Source of the DNA: Planctomycetota bacterium
Lineage (GTDB): Bacteria > Planctomycetota > OFTM77
Direction: 5' to 3'
Length of the DNA stretch: 64,000 nucleotides
Assembly (NCBI GenBank): GCA_029260795.1
Contig: JAJDCO010000092.1
Span: 877 to 64,876 of the forward strand
Numbering within the stretch: position 1 is the first letter of the stretch; each line of letters begins with the position of its first letter. Shown here piece by piece: positions 38,934 through 49,700 of the stretch. A model generated the notes under the pieces. The model saw only the letters and a program-made list of their open reading frames with translations. It made no database searches and was not told the DNA's origin. The translations under genes were made by a program, and so were the position numbers.

Positions 38934-41807
38934 GTGAGTCGAAAACTTCAACTGTCCCGATGGGGACTCGCCGTGGCCGCGTTTGCGGTACTCGGGATCC
39001 CGACGGCCCACGCGCAGACGCCCCCTCAAGCGGCGCAGCCGAGCCCGGCCGCGGCGCGACCCCAGCCCAAGCCCAAGCCCAAGCCGGATTTCCCTCCGCA
39101 CGCCGAGGTGCTCAAGGGCTACGAGAAAGTCGTCTCGACCGCCGATGGCAAGCGCAGCATGTACTCGCTGTACGTGCGCAAGAAGGATGGCCAGACGATG
39201 GCCGAGCTGCCCGGCAACTTTGCGAGCCAGAAGTACTTTTTCGCCATGACGGTGGGCAGCGGTGAGACGTATGCCGGCCTCCAAGCAGGAGACATGTACG
39301 TCTACTGGCGGCGCTACGACAAGCGCCTCGCCCTGATCCAGCCCGAGATGAGCATGCGGTCGACGGGCGATCGGGAGTCGAAGAGCTCGGTCGATCGCCT
39401 CTTCACGGATCGGGTGCTGCTCGACGTGCCGATCGTCACGATGGGTCCCAGCGGTGGTCCCGTCATCGACCTCGACGAGCTGCTTCTCGCCAACGCGACT
39501 CAGTTCTTCGGCTACTCGGCGTCGGGCGTCAATCGTCGCCTCGCGTCGCTGGAAAAGGCCAAGGCCTTCCCCGAGAACATCGAGGTCGCCTACGAGGTGC
39601 CGACCGCGGGCGGTGTGCTCAAGATGCTGTACTACTCGATCAGCGTCGTTCCGGACAAGAACGGTTACCAGTCACGCGCCGCCGATGAACGAGTCGGCTA
39701 CTTCACGACCGAGTACACGGATCTCGGTAAGTACAAGCGCGACGACGTGTCGGTGCGGTTCATCAACCGCTGGCGCCTCGAGAAGGCGGACCCGAAGCTG
39801 AAGCTCAGCCCGCCGAAAGAGCCGATCGTCTTCTACATCGAGCATACGACGCCGATCCGCTATCGCCGCTTCGTGCGGGATGGCATCCTCTATTGGAACA
39901 AGGCGTTCGAGGCCTGCGGCATCGATCAGGCGATGGTCGTCCACTATCAGGACGCCGCCACCGGTGCTCACATGGAGAAGGACCCCGAGGACGTTCGCTA
40001 CAACTTCGTTCGGTGGCTGAACAACAACATTGGCACCGCCATCGGCCCCAGCCGCGTGCACCCGCTGACGGGCCAGATCCTCGATGCGGACATCATCCTC
40101 ACCGACGGCTGGATCCGCTCGTTCGAGCGCACCTTCAGCGTCATGCTGCCGAAGGCGGCCGTCGAGGGCTTCGGCCCCGACACGCTCGCGTGGCTCGACC
40201 AGAACCCGCAGTGGGATCCGCGGATCCTACTGGCGCCGCCGCATGAGCGGGCGACGCTGCTGCATGAGCGTGCCCTGCGGGGACCGCAGCCTTTCGGGGG
40301 CCACGCGATGGCCAACGTCCGGACCGAGATGCTGGGTGACGACGAGTACGACGGCCTCGTCGATCGCGTCAGTCAGGTCAATGGCTACTGCATGGCAGCG
40401 GATGCCAAGTCCTTCGACCTGGCGCTGCTCCGCATGACCATGGCCATGGTCGACGATGACGACGATGAGAAGAAAGAAGGCGAGAAGAAGGACGGGGAGA
40501 AAGAGGAGGACAAGGAGGACATGCTCGACGGCATGCCCGCCAAGTTCATCGGTCCTCTGCTCGCCGATCTGGTCGCTCACGAGCTGGGCCACACGATCGG
40601 TCTGCGGCACAACTTCCGCGCCTCGGCCTTGTATACGCTCGACGAGATCAACAGCGACAAGGTGCACGGCAAGCCGTTCACCGCGTCCGTCATGGATTAC
40701 AACCCCGTCAACATCAACATGGAAGACGGCAAGATCCAGGGCGACTTCGCGATGACCGACATCGGTCCCTACGACATGTGGGCGATCGAGTACGGCTACA
40801 GCTTCGACAACAAGGCGCTGCCGAAGATTCTCGAGAAGTGCACGGCTCCCGAGCACCAGTACGCGACCGACGAGGACACGTCGGGACCCGACCCGCTGGC
40901 TCGCCGCTACGACTTCGCGGCCGACCCGCTCGACTTCGCCAAGAGCCAGGTCAAGCTCGCTCACTGGCACCGCGAGCGCATCCTCGATCGCTATGTCGAG
41001 AAGGGAGACCCGTGGAGCAAGGCGCGCGAAGGCTACCAGCTCACGCTCGGCATGCAGACGCGATCGGCCAGCATGATGGCCAACTGGCTCGGTGGCTCGT
41101 TCCTGCATCGACGCCACAAGGGCGATGGCGACGACGTGCCGCCTGTCCTGCCCGTGCCGGCCAGCCAGCAGCGGCAAGCCCTCGACTTCATCATTCAGCA
41201 GACCTTCTTCGACGAGGCCTTTGGTCTCACTCCGAAGCTTCTGCAGCACATGACGAGCGACAAGTGGGGCCGTCAGGCGGCCTCGGCCGACTGGCAGGTG
41301 CACGACACCATCATGAACACCCAGTCGTCGACCCTCACCATGATCATGAACCCGACCACCCTGCGTCGGATCTATGACAATGAGGTGCGCCTCGGCTCGG
41401 GTCAGGATGCGCTGACGCTTCCTGAGCTCATGACCAAGGTGAAGGATGCGATCTGGAAGGAGCTGTCCAGCCACGGCGGCACCTCGTCGGCCAACGAGCC
41501 GATGATCTCGAGCTTGCGGCGCGGCCTCCAGCGTCAGCATGCCGAGCGCTTGATCGCCTTGATCGAGCCCGGTGATTTCGCCGGCGCGGCCAGCCTGGCG
41601 ATCTCGACCTTGGCTCTCCAGCAGGTCCGTGACCTGCAAGGTGCGATCAGGAACGTCAGTGTCGACTCCGTCGACGCCTACACTCAGGCCCACCTGAACG
41701 ACATCCGCACGCGACTCGAGAAGGCTCTCGACACGCAGTACACGCGGTCCGTCGGAGGCTCGGGTGGCGCCTCTTCGATCGGCGGGTTCTTCTTCCGCGA
41801 CAAGTAG
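38934..41807 (+). CDS. Secreted zinc-dependent metalloprotease of the DUF5117/DUF5118/DUF4953 (Met-zincin) type
   Basis: Signal peptide VSRKLQLSRWGLAVAAFAVLGIPTAHA (GTG start, GAGGA RBS). VAHELGHTIGLRHNFRAS zinc motif. About 957 aa with the architecture typical of this family. Poly-acidic insertion DDDDDEKKEGEKKDGEKEEDKED. Confidence 0.65.
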   Translation: MSRKLQLSRWGLAVAAFAVLGIPTAHAQTPPQAAQPSPAAARPQPKPKPKPDFPPHAEVLKGYEKVVSTADGKRSMYSLYVRKKDGQTMAELPGNFASQKYFFAMTVGSGETYAGLQAGDMYVYWRRYDKRLALIQPEMSMRSTGDRESKSSVDRLFTDRVLLDVPIVTMGPSGGPVIDLDELLLANATQFFGYSASGVNRRLASLEKAKAFPENIEVAYEVPTAGGVLKMLYYSISVVPDKNGYQSRAADERVGYFTTEYTDLGKYKRDDVSVRFINRWRLEKADPKLKLSPPKEPIVFYIEHTTPIRYRRFVRDGILYWNKAFEACGIDQAMVVHYQDAATGAHMEKDPEDVRYNFVRWLNNNIGTAIGPSRVHPLTGQILDADIILTDGWIRSFERTFSVMLPKAAVEGFGPDTLAWLDQNPQWDPRILLAPPHERATLLHERALRGPQPFGGHAMANVRTEMLGDDEYDGLVDRVSQVNGYCMAADAKSFDLALLRMTMAMVDDDDDEKKEGEKKDGEKEEDKEDMLDGMPAKFIGPLLADLVAHELGHTIGLRHNFRASALYTLDEINSDKVHGKPFTASVMDYNPVNINMEDGKIQGDFAMTDIGPYDMWAIEYGYSFDNKALPKILEKCTAPEHQYATDEDTSGPDPLARRYDFAADPLDFAKSQVKLAHWHRERILDRYVEKGDPWSKAREGYQLTLGMQTRSASMMANWLGGSFLHRRHKGDGDDVPPVLPVPASQQRQALDFIIQQTFFDEAFGLTPKLLQHMTSDKWGRQAASADWQVHDTIMNTQSSTLTMIMNPTTLRRIYDNEVRLGSGQDALTLPELMTKVKDAIWKELSSHGGTSSANEPMISSLRRGLQRQHAERLIALIEPGDFAGAASLAISTLALQQVRDLQGAIRNVSVDSVDAYTQAHLNDIRTRLEKALDTQYTRSVGGSGGASSIGGFFFRDK

Positions 41808-41839
41808 GCGGAAGAGACGAGTCGATCACCGAATCGAAG

Positions 41840-41870
41840 AAGCGGGTCGAGGCAACGCCTCGGCCCGCTT
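41840..41870. terminator. GC-rich 13-bp hairpin between convergent genes (no U-tract on either strand)
   Basis: AAGCGGGTCGAGG-CAACG-CCTCGGCCCGCTT, one G-U pair. Confidence 0.4.
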
Positions 41871-42135
41871 CCATTGGTTGTGAGGATCCTTCGCGCACGG
41901 GCCGTCGTGCCCGGCTCGTCACGCTGGCAGCACGACGTGTCAGACGAATCCGAAGCCGCAACACTCGATGTCAGGTCGTGGGAACAGAGACCCGAACGGA
42001 GCTCGTCGAGTCGACGAGCGATCTCGTGCCGCCCAGGCGGGCCGCTTCTCGCACGACCTTCCAAAGTGAGAGAGCGGTCTCGGGCTCGCTCCCCTCGTCT
42101 GCAACGTTGGAAGATGATCGTGCTGGGCGCGGTCT

Positions 42136-43665
42136 CTACAGCGCCTTCGCAGCCAGCCAGCCGGGGACACCCGTGAGGCCGCCGCCGGGATGGCAGCTGC
42201 TGCCGCCCACGATCAGGCCTTCGATCGGCGTACGGTAGTGGGCACAGTCGAAGACGGGGCGCAGGAACGCCAGCTGGTCGAGGGCGTGCTCACCGTGATA
42301 GAGATGGCCCCCTGTCAGTCCGAGCTCGCCTTCGAGGTCGGCGGGTGAGAGTACTTGGCGGGCGACGATGCGCTTCTTCAGCCCGGGAGCGTACTCGGCC
42401 AGCGTGTCGACGACTCGGTCTCCGAGGGTGACGCGGGCCGCATCCGTCCAGCCGCCTTCGAGGTCGTAGGGAGCGAACTGCGCCAGGATCGAGACGACGT
42501 GGTGGCCCTTCGGGGCCAGTGAGCTGTCCTCCAGACTGGGAACCCACACGTCGAGGATCGGACGCTCCGAGATCTGACGGTACTTGACCGCATCGAAGGC
42601 ACGTTCGAGATCGTCGACGTGCTCGCCGGTCCGCATCCGCTCGAAGCTTCCCGGGCGAGTCGTGTTCTCGAGGGGGCCGGACAGGGCGAGGTGCACCTTG
42701 GCCACCAAGCCGCGGCTCCGGACATTCGCGATCCGTTCGGCGAACTCGACTCCGAGGTCCGCGGGGCGAATCAGCTCGAGGAAAGTCGTCTGGGCGTCAG
42801 TAGTGGCCAGGACGGATGCGGTCTCGATCGTCTCACCCGACTCCAGCTCGACGCCGCGGACGCGTCCGTTCTCCAACTGGAGGTGCCGGACGGGACATCC
42901 GGTTCGGATTTCGACTCCGGCCGCCTCCGCGCAACGGCGAAGCGAATCCACGAGGGCCGCGGGTCCACCGGCGACCGCTCGACCTCGCGTGAGCTCATCG
43001 AGCAGCCAGGTGGTGGTCGATCCCGCTGACCAGGGGCCCATCCACGTTCCGAGCAAGGCCGGAGAAGCCAGGAGCGCCTTCAGATGGGCTGACTCGAAGT
43101 GCTCATTGAGCCAATCCGCGATGCACATCGGGGCGATGCGCAACACCTCGATCATCGTCTCGGCCCCGAGTCGACGGAAGGCCCAGCCCTTCTTCAGCAT
43201 CTTGATCGCTTCGCCGAGCTCGCGTTTCGCGGGCGCCGGTGGAGGAGAGTCGAACAGGTCCTCGACGATGTGGCGAATCGAGTCCAAGAACGTCATCAGC
43301 CGGTGGTAGGGCTGGACGTCGGACGGGGAATGCTGCTGAAGCTCTTGCGCCATCGCCTCTCGGTTGGAGCTGAGCAGTACTCCTCGACCCTTGGCAGACA
43401 GGCCGAGCTCGGTCCGAGGTGTCTCTCGCCATTGGAGACCGTGCTGGTGCAGCTCGAGGGCGCGGGCGACGGCTGGTCGGAAACGATCGGTGTCGTGCAG
43501 GAGCCCGGGGACGCGATAGCCGTCCGCGATCTCGAAGGGTGCCGCGAGGCCACCCAGCCCGGAGCGCTTCTCGAGGAGTACCACCGATCGACCGTGGCGG
43601 GCCAGCGTCGCGGCGGCAGTCAGGCCGTTGTGGCCGCCGCCGATTACGATCACCTTCTCGGACAT
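42136..43665 (-). CDS. Phytoene-desaturase-family (CrtI-like) NAD(P)/FAD-dependent oxidoreductase, paralog A
   Basis: N-terminal MSEKVIVIGGGHNGLTAAATLARHGRSVVLLEKRSGLGG (Rossmann GxGxxG). C-terminal CHPGGGLTGVPG family motif. GAGGAG RBS. Confidence 0.75.
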   Translation of the reverse strand: MSEKVIVIGGGHNGLTAAATLARHGRSVVLLEKRSGLGGLAAPFEIADGYRVPGLLHDTDRFRPAVARALELHQHGLQWRETPRTELGLSAKGRGVLLSSNREAMAQELQQHSPSDVQPYHRLMTFLDSIRHIVEDLFDSPPPAPAKRELGEAIKMLKKGWAFRRLGAETMIEVLRIAPMCIADWLNEHFESAHLKALLASPALLGTWMGPWSAGSTTTWLLDELTRGRAVAGGPAALVDSLRRCAEAAGVEIRTGCPVRHLQLENGRVRGVELESGETIETASVLATTDAQTTFLELIRPADLGVEFAERIANVRSRGLVAKVHLALSGPLENTTRPGSFERMRTGEHVDDLERAFDAVKYRQISERPILDVWVPSLEDSSLAPKGHHVVSILAQFAPYDLEGGWTDAARVTLGDRVVDTLAEYAPGLKKRIVARQVLSPADLEGELGLTGGHLYHGEHALDQLAFLRPVFDCAHYRTPIEGLIVGGSSCHPGGGLTGVPGWLAAKAL

Positions 43666-43684
43666 CCGCGTCGTCTCCTCGTTA

Positions 43685-45271
43685 CTACACGCCGCCGGCG
43701 CGGAGCATCTCTCGCGCCGCCAGCCAGCCCGGCGCGCCCATGATGCCGCCGCCCGGATGCGTTCCGGAGCCACACATCCACAGATGGCGGACCGGCGTGC
43801 GGTAGCGAGACCAGTCGGCCGTGGGTCTCAAGAAGAAGAGCTGCTCGAGGCTGAGCTCTCCGTGGAAGATGTTGCCCTCGGTCAGCCCGAACTCTTGCTC
43901 GAGATCCCAGGGCGAAAGCACCTGGCGATGAAGGATGATGTCGCGGATGTCCGGGATGTACTCCTCGAGCGTATCGACGACCGTGTCGCCGAACGCCTCG
44001 CGCTTCTCGGGCCAGTGCTCGGGGCCCTCCTTGATGCGGTAGGGCGCATACTGGACGAAGCACGACATCACATGCTTGCCGGGCGGAGCGACGCTGGGGT
44101 CGGTGAGGGAGGGGATGACCACGTTGAGATACGGGCGCGTCGAGAACTCGCCGTACTTGGCCTGGTCGTAAGCGCGCTCGAGGTAGTCGATGCTCGGCGC
44201 GATCGCGATGTCGCCTCGAATGTGCGGACCATCACCGGGGCGGCACGTGAAGCTGGGCGCACGGTCGAGGGCCAGGTTGACCTTGCCCGAGCTGCCACGC
44301 ATCTTGAAGCGGCGGATGCGCTTGACCAGATCGGGATCGAGATGCTCCTCACCGACGAGACCTAGAAACGTCCGATGCGGATCGACACCCGACACGACGA
44401 CGTTGGCAGCGATCTCGTCGCCGTTCTCCAGGATGACGCCGGTGGCTTTCCCGCCTTCGATGCGGACACGCCCGATGGGCGCCTCGGTTCGAATCTCGGC
44501 GCCGAAATGACGGGCCGAGTCGGCGATCGCGTTGCTGATCGCCCCCGTGCCGCCCTTGGCGAAGCCCCACGATCGGTAGGCGCCGTCGATCTCTCCCATG
44601 TAGTGATGGAGGAGCACGTAGGCGGTTCCGGGTGAGCGCACACCTTGGAAGGTGCCGATGATGCCGCTGACCGACATCGGGGCCTTGAGCGCCTCGGACT
44701 CGAACCACTCGTCGAGGAAGTCCGCCGCGCTCATCGTCATCATCTTGGTCGCGAGGGCGAGACCCTCGGGCCCGAGCCCCTGGAATCGACGCCCGAGCTG
44801 AAGAAGATCGAGGAGCTGCGAGGGGTTCATCGAGCCGGGCGACGGCGGCACCATCTTGAGGATCGGCCGCACCAGCTGCCCCATGCGGACCATCGCGTGT
44901 CCGAACTGCGAGGCGCGCTCGGCGTCGCGAGCGCTGAACTTCGAGACCTCGGCGCGCGTGCGCTCGGCGTCGCCCCATCGGGCCAGGGAGCGACCATCGG
45001 GTAGGGGCAAGAAGGAGCAGTCGAGCGGCAGGATCTCGAGCCCGAATCGCGGGAGCTGAAGCTCGCGAATGATCTCGGGTCTGAGCAGGCTGACCACGTA
45101 GGAGCAGACCGAGTACTTGAAGCCCGGATAGATCTCCTCGGTCACGGCCGCGCCGCCGAGGACGTGTCGTCGCTCGAGCACCAGGACCTTGCGGCCGGCT
45201 TTGGCGAGCACGGCCGCCGAGACCAGGCCGTTGTGGCCGCCACCGATGATGATCGCGTCGTAGTGGGCCAT
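43685..45271 (-). CDS. Phytoene-desaturase-family (CrtI-like) NAD(P)/FAD-dependent oxidoreductase, paralog B
   Basis: MAHYDAIIIGGGHNGLVSAAVLAKAGRKVLVLERRHVLGG. C-terminal THPGGGIMGAPG. Start codon overlaps the stop of the upstream GcvT-like gene (TGATG). Confidence 0.75.
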   Translation of the reverse strand: MAHYDAIIIGGGHNGLVSAAVLAKAGRKVLVLERRHVLGGAAVTEEIYPGFKYSVCSYVVSLLRPEIIRELQLPRFGLEILPLDCSFLPLPDGRSLARWGDAERTRAEVSKFSARDAERASQFGHAMVRMGQLVRPILKMVPPSPGSMNPSQLLDLLQLGRRFQGLGPEGLALATKMMTMSAADFLDEWFESEALKAPMSVSGIIGTFQGVRSPGTAYVLLHHYMGEIDGAYRSWGFAKGGTGAISNAIADSARHFGAEIRTEAPIGRVRIEGGKATGVILENGDEIAANVVVSGVDPHRTFLGLVGEEHLDPDLVKRIRRFKMRGSSGKVNLALDRAPSFTCRPGDGPHIRGDIAIAPSIDYLERAYDQAKYGEFSTRPYLNVVIPSLTDPSVAPPGKHVMSCFVQYAPYRIKEGPEHWPEKREAFGDTVVDTLEEYIPDIRDIILHRQVLSPWDLEQEFGLTEGNIFHGELSLEQLFFLRPTADWSRYRTPVRHLWMCGSGTHPGGGIMGAPGWLAAREMLRAGGV

Positions 45272-46458
45272 CAGCTTCTCCGGCGTTCAGGATCGAAGAA
45301 CGGCCGGTCGACGACCGTGGCCGGAATCGTGTGTCGCCTATACTCCACCGTCGTCTCGATCTCGATGCGCGTTCCGACGCGATCGTATCCGCGGCGAACG
45401 GTGGCGAGCGCCAGGTTGCGCTTGAGCGTCGGCGACCAAGTACCGCTGGTCGCTTGCCCGATCTGCCGCTTGCCGTCGTAGAGGGGGGCGGCCGTCCGCC
45501 ACGCGTGCGTCGCGAGCGAGGGAGGCAAGCCATGCCGCTCGTAGAGAGCTTCCAGAGCCGTCCAGCTCACATCGAGCCCGACCAACGCCCACTCGGATCC
45601 GCGCTCTTTCTCGGCCCGCAGTGCGGCTTGACCGATGAACGGCTCGCGGTCGAGCTGCACCATCCATCCGAGACCGATCTCGTAGGGCGAGGACTTTTGA
45701 GCGTCGATCAGGCAGCGCGGTGCGCTCTTGTAGTCGATACCCAAGAGTAGGTAGCCCGCCTCGATGCGTGTGACGTCGAGGGCATCGAGGCCCGCCGGCA
45801 CGATGCCGTAGGCGCGCCCCTCCGTCATCAGGGTGTCCCAAACCGGGAGAGCGTGCTCCGCTTCCACCCACACCTCGTAGCCGAGGTCTCCTGTGTAGCC
45901 CGTCCGGCTCACCAAAACGTCGCGGTCAGCCAGTCGAGCCGAGGTGAGGCCGAAGTAGCGCAAGCCGGTCAGGTCGGTGCCGGTCACGGCCGAGAGGATT
46001 GCGCCCGAGCTGGGACCCTGGAGAGCCAAGACGCCATAGCGGTGGGTCGTCTCCTCGACGCTCACGTCGTAGCCGCGGCGATTCTGCTCGAGCCACCACA
46101 GCTCGGGCTCCCCGGTCGTGACGCGATACGCGTCTTCGTCGAGGCGAGCGATCGTCCCGTCGTCGATCACGTGACCTCGATCGTCCACCCAGCAGCAGTA
46201 GACGACGCGACCGACGGCCAGCTTGTCGATACGGCGCACAGAGAGCCGCGAAAGGTAGGCGGCGGCGTCGGGGCCCCGCACGTCGTACTTGATGAGCGGC
46301 GAAGCGTCGAGCAAGCCGGCGGCATGTCGAAAGGCGAAGTACTCGCGCTCCACGGACGTGTCATACGAGCACACGGCGTGATATCCGGCCCACTCCTTCC
46401 AACGGTAGCTCGTGCACAGCGCCGCAGTGCGCTCATGGAAGGGAGAATGACGAGACAT
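45271..46458 (-). CDS. Aminomethyltransferase-family (GcvT/DmdA-like, folate-binding) protein
   Basis: GcvT fold blocks: REYFAFRHAAGLLDASPLIKYDVRGPDAAAYLSRL, YRVTTGEPELWW, GVLALQGP, SRTGYTGDLGYEVWV, GLDALDVTRIEAGYLLLGIDY, C-terminal beta-barrel. Confidence 0.7.
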   Translation of the reverse strand: MSRHSPFHERTAALCTSYRWKEWAGYHAVCSYDTSVEREYFAFRHAAGLLDASPLIKYDVRGPDAAAYLSRLSVRRIDKLAVGRVVYCCWVDDRGHVIDDGTIARLDEDAYRVTTGEPELWWLEQNRRGYDVSVEETTHRYGVLALQGPSSGAILSAVTGTDLTGLRYFGLTSARLADRDVLVSRTGYTGDLGYEVWVEAEHALPVWDTLMTEGRAYGIVPAGLDALDVTRIEAGYLLLGIDYKSAPRCLIDAQKSSPYEIGLGWMVQLDREPFIGQAALRAEKERGSEWALVGLDVSWTALEALYERHGLPPSLATHAWRTAAPLYDGKRQIGQATSGTWSPTLKRNLALATVRRGYDRVGTRIEIETTVEYRRHTIPATVVDRPFFDPERRRS

Positions 46459-46719
46459 GGACCGAAGCTCGGGAGGGGTCAGGGTTGACGGGAAGTTCGC
46501 CCCAGAATGCGAACGAGAGGCCAGAGACTACGCGGTCCCGACGGGAGGCTCAAGGACCGAGTGTGTTCTCGTTGTGCGGGAAGGCTGGATCGAATGCGAA
46601 GTGTCGGGGAAGGCGATCTTCAGCTTCCTCCGAGTCGGGCGAGGCTCGGAACTCGCGGGCTCAGCATCGGGAACGTACTCTGGGGGTAGGCCGAAGCTCA
46701 CTCCAGCGAGGAATCCCTC

Positions 46720-49700
46720 ATGTGCCGAACGTCGACCGCCGCGTCTCTCTTTGCCCTCCTCCTGCTCGCCGGCCCGACTCGGGCGGACGACGGCGTCTTC
46801 GAGGACGCTCGACTCGGTGTGCGCTTCTCGGTGCCCGAGGGCGACTGGAAGCGAACGGAGGGCGAGAGCGGGTCGAGCCGCTACGTGCTGTTCGAGCGCC
46901 GAGGAGCGGAGCGGTCTCGCATCGCGCTGCAATTCTGGCCGCAAGAGGGAGACGAGCGGTCTCTCGATGATTGGTGCGATCAAGAGCTGAGCTTCGACCG
47001 CACGACTCAGCGCGTCGAGGAGATTGTGCGTGAGCCGAGGACCGTTGGTAGTGAGAGCGCTCGAGCGACGCGCTATCGCACGGGTGCCGGCGACGATCGC
47101 GCCAGCGTCGATGCGACCTACCTGAGGCACCGGGGCTCCGTCTTTCGGGTCTCGGTCTCCGCTCCCGCGGCGCAGGAAGGTGAGCTGCCGGCGCTGGTCG
47201 CGGCCGCTCTCGACGGCCTCGAGTGGATCGCCATCGAAGCGGAGGCTTCGCCGCCTCCGCTGGAGCTTCTCGAGCCGATTCCGGGAAACGTGCTGACGGT
47301 GGTCCATGCGGGTGGAGTCGACGCACCGTACCGATACCTCGAGGCGCTTCCCGGCGCGGCCGCCACAAACGGTGGCCTGCCGATCGTGCTGCTGGTCGAC
47401 GGTCAGCTCTCGTCGATGGCTCGGACGTTCCTACGTCAGTATCGACCGTCGGAGATCCACCTCGATGGCGAGCCGCTCTCCGAGCTGCCGAGCGCCACTC
47501 AGGTCGAGAGAGCTTGGGGTGTCGGCGGACCGGTCGTGGTCACGGCCCGTACTCTGACCGACGCGGTTCCCGCCGCCGCACTCGCGACCCGCTGGGGCGT
47601 GCCGCTGCTCGTCTCAGGCGCGGCGCTCGCCGATCGCTTGGCCCGCCAGGCGCCCTCGAAGATCTGGGTGGCCGGCTCGGTCGAGCTTCCAGATGGCATC
47701 GAGGGCATCCGGCTCGGGGATGCGCACGACATCGCGGGGCACGCGGGGGGGGAGTATGTCGCCCTGTGCAACCCGGGCTCGGGTGCCGGCCGCGAGATCG
47801 CCGTCTTCGCCGCTGCCTTGGCGGCGGCCCACGCCGGTGTGGTGTTGCCACTCGACGAGCCAGTCGGGCGACTCCGTGCGAAGCTGAAGCCGACCGAGAG
47901 CGTCCCCCCGGGGATGGCCGACTCGGGGGCCGACCGCTTCGTGGTCGGAGCGCTGCGCGTCGAGGGTGTGAGACGACTCGTCGCGGCGCCCGTTACGGGT
48001 GAGCTCCGCATCTCGGGAGTCACTTCCGATCGCTTTGGGCGGCCTCGATTCGACGTCAATGGGGACGGGCGTCTCTCGGCCGATGAGGAGCTGAAGGTCG
48101 GCTCGACCGTGCAGGTCCAAGGGAAGCCATTTGCCTTGACGGTGCGCTATCAGACGGCACTCGGTCATCCGGGGCTCGGTGAGGCGATTCTGCAGGCGCC
48201 CGATCCTGCCGAGATTCGCAAGTCGATCCGCGATTTCGCGCGGCGCCAGAAAGGGCTGACGCATCTGGCGATCGTGGGCACGCCGGATCAGATCCCGTTC
48301 GCTCTGCTCGAGTCCGACAGCTACTTCACGAGCCTGGACATCAAGCAGGAGATCGCGAGCGACGCGCCCTATGCGAACCTCGACCAGGACCCGTCCCTCG
48401 AGCTGGCGGTCGGGCGCGTGCTCACGGCAGACCTGATCAATGGATCCGCCGTGGTCGCGACGACGTTGGCGTATCCACGCTGCAGCGGTCCGTGGCGCGA
48501 GCGCGCTTCGGTGCTGGCGCCGGGATTCGAGAAGAGCGAGTCGCGTGGCGCGCTGCATTGGGTCTGGCCCGAGTCCGAAGCCTTGGCGCGCTCGGTCGTG
48601 GCCGAGCTCGCATCGGCGGGCATCGAGACCGACGCGTTCTTGCGGGACGACGTGGAGCTGAGCTCGGTCTTCGACTCGATGCGACAGGCGGGTTGGATCG
48701 GCCACATGAATCACGCGAATCAGGTCGCCTGGGGGATTCGCCCCGGTGCTCACATCGGAACCGCGGACATTCCGCCCCTCGAGGGGGCGCCGATCGTGTT
48801 CGGAACCGGCTGCACCTCGGCCGGGATCGATCTCGGAACACCTCTGTCTCAAACCTGGCCCGGTCGCTTCTTCGAGCGCGGCGCGGTGGCCTACCTCGGG
48901 AATACGCGGCCCGCGAGCCTCGGCTCCGAGATCGCGGTCCAGCGCTTGTTCGCCAAGCTGATGTCGGAGGACGGTGTCAGCCTGGGAGAGGCGTATCGCG
49001 ACGGTCGAAACCTGTTGGCCCACTTGCTCGAGCAGGGTCATTTCGATCCCGAGCTCGGCGCTCGCGGATTCGATTCCGGGATGTATGAGCGCCTGTGGAT
49101 GCAGTTCTACAATCTGAACCTGTTCGGCGATCCCGCACTGACTCCGCATCTCCCCGAGGCGCCCCCGACCGCGGTCCAGGTCTCCTTCGAGCCGAATGGC
49201 GATCGCGGATATCGACTGACGATCAACCGCCACAGCGACGAGCGGATCGACCCACTCCTCATCATGGCCGCCTCCGGCCAAGGCACGGCCCGCGAGGCCC
49301 AGCTCCTGACGGCCAACGGGCTCACCTATGGCTTCGTGCCGCACTTCTATCTGGAGCAAGGCGAGCTGTCGCCGCTCCGTCAGCCGCTGTCCGTTCCTCC
49401 GGGCGCTTGGGTCGACGTGGCCCTACCGCCTGAGGGAGAACGCCTCGAGCTCGAGCTAGTCGAGGGGGCACCGTGGGTCGAGAGAGGCTTCGTCGTCGAG
49501 GAGGATCCGGACGGGACGACGCGACTGCGCATGTTCGTGCCGTTGGCGTTCGCTCCGCTCGAGTCGGGAGCCGGCGAGCTCCTCTCCCGGGTGACCTACG
49601 ACGTACGGTTCTCGGGTCCGACCGGGCGACCGGTGCCGTCGCGTGTGCCAGGCACCTTCGTCGCGGCGACACCGGAGCGAGTGCACGCGACCGACGGCCG

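Noticed and set aside
41871-41881. Motif TTCCATTGGTT immediately 3' of two different hairpins (41871 and 53777)
   Set aside because: Only two occurrences and only 11 nt; probably coincidence. Noted in case a genome-wide search shows it is a recurring post-terminator element.
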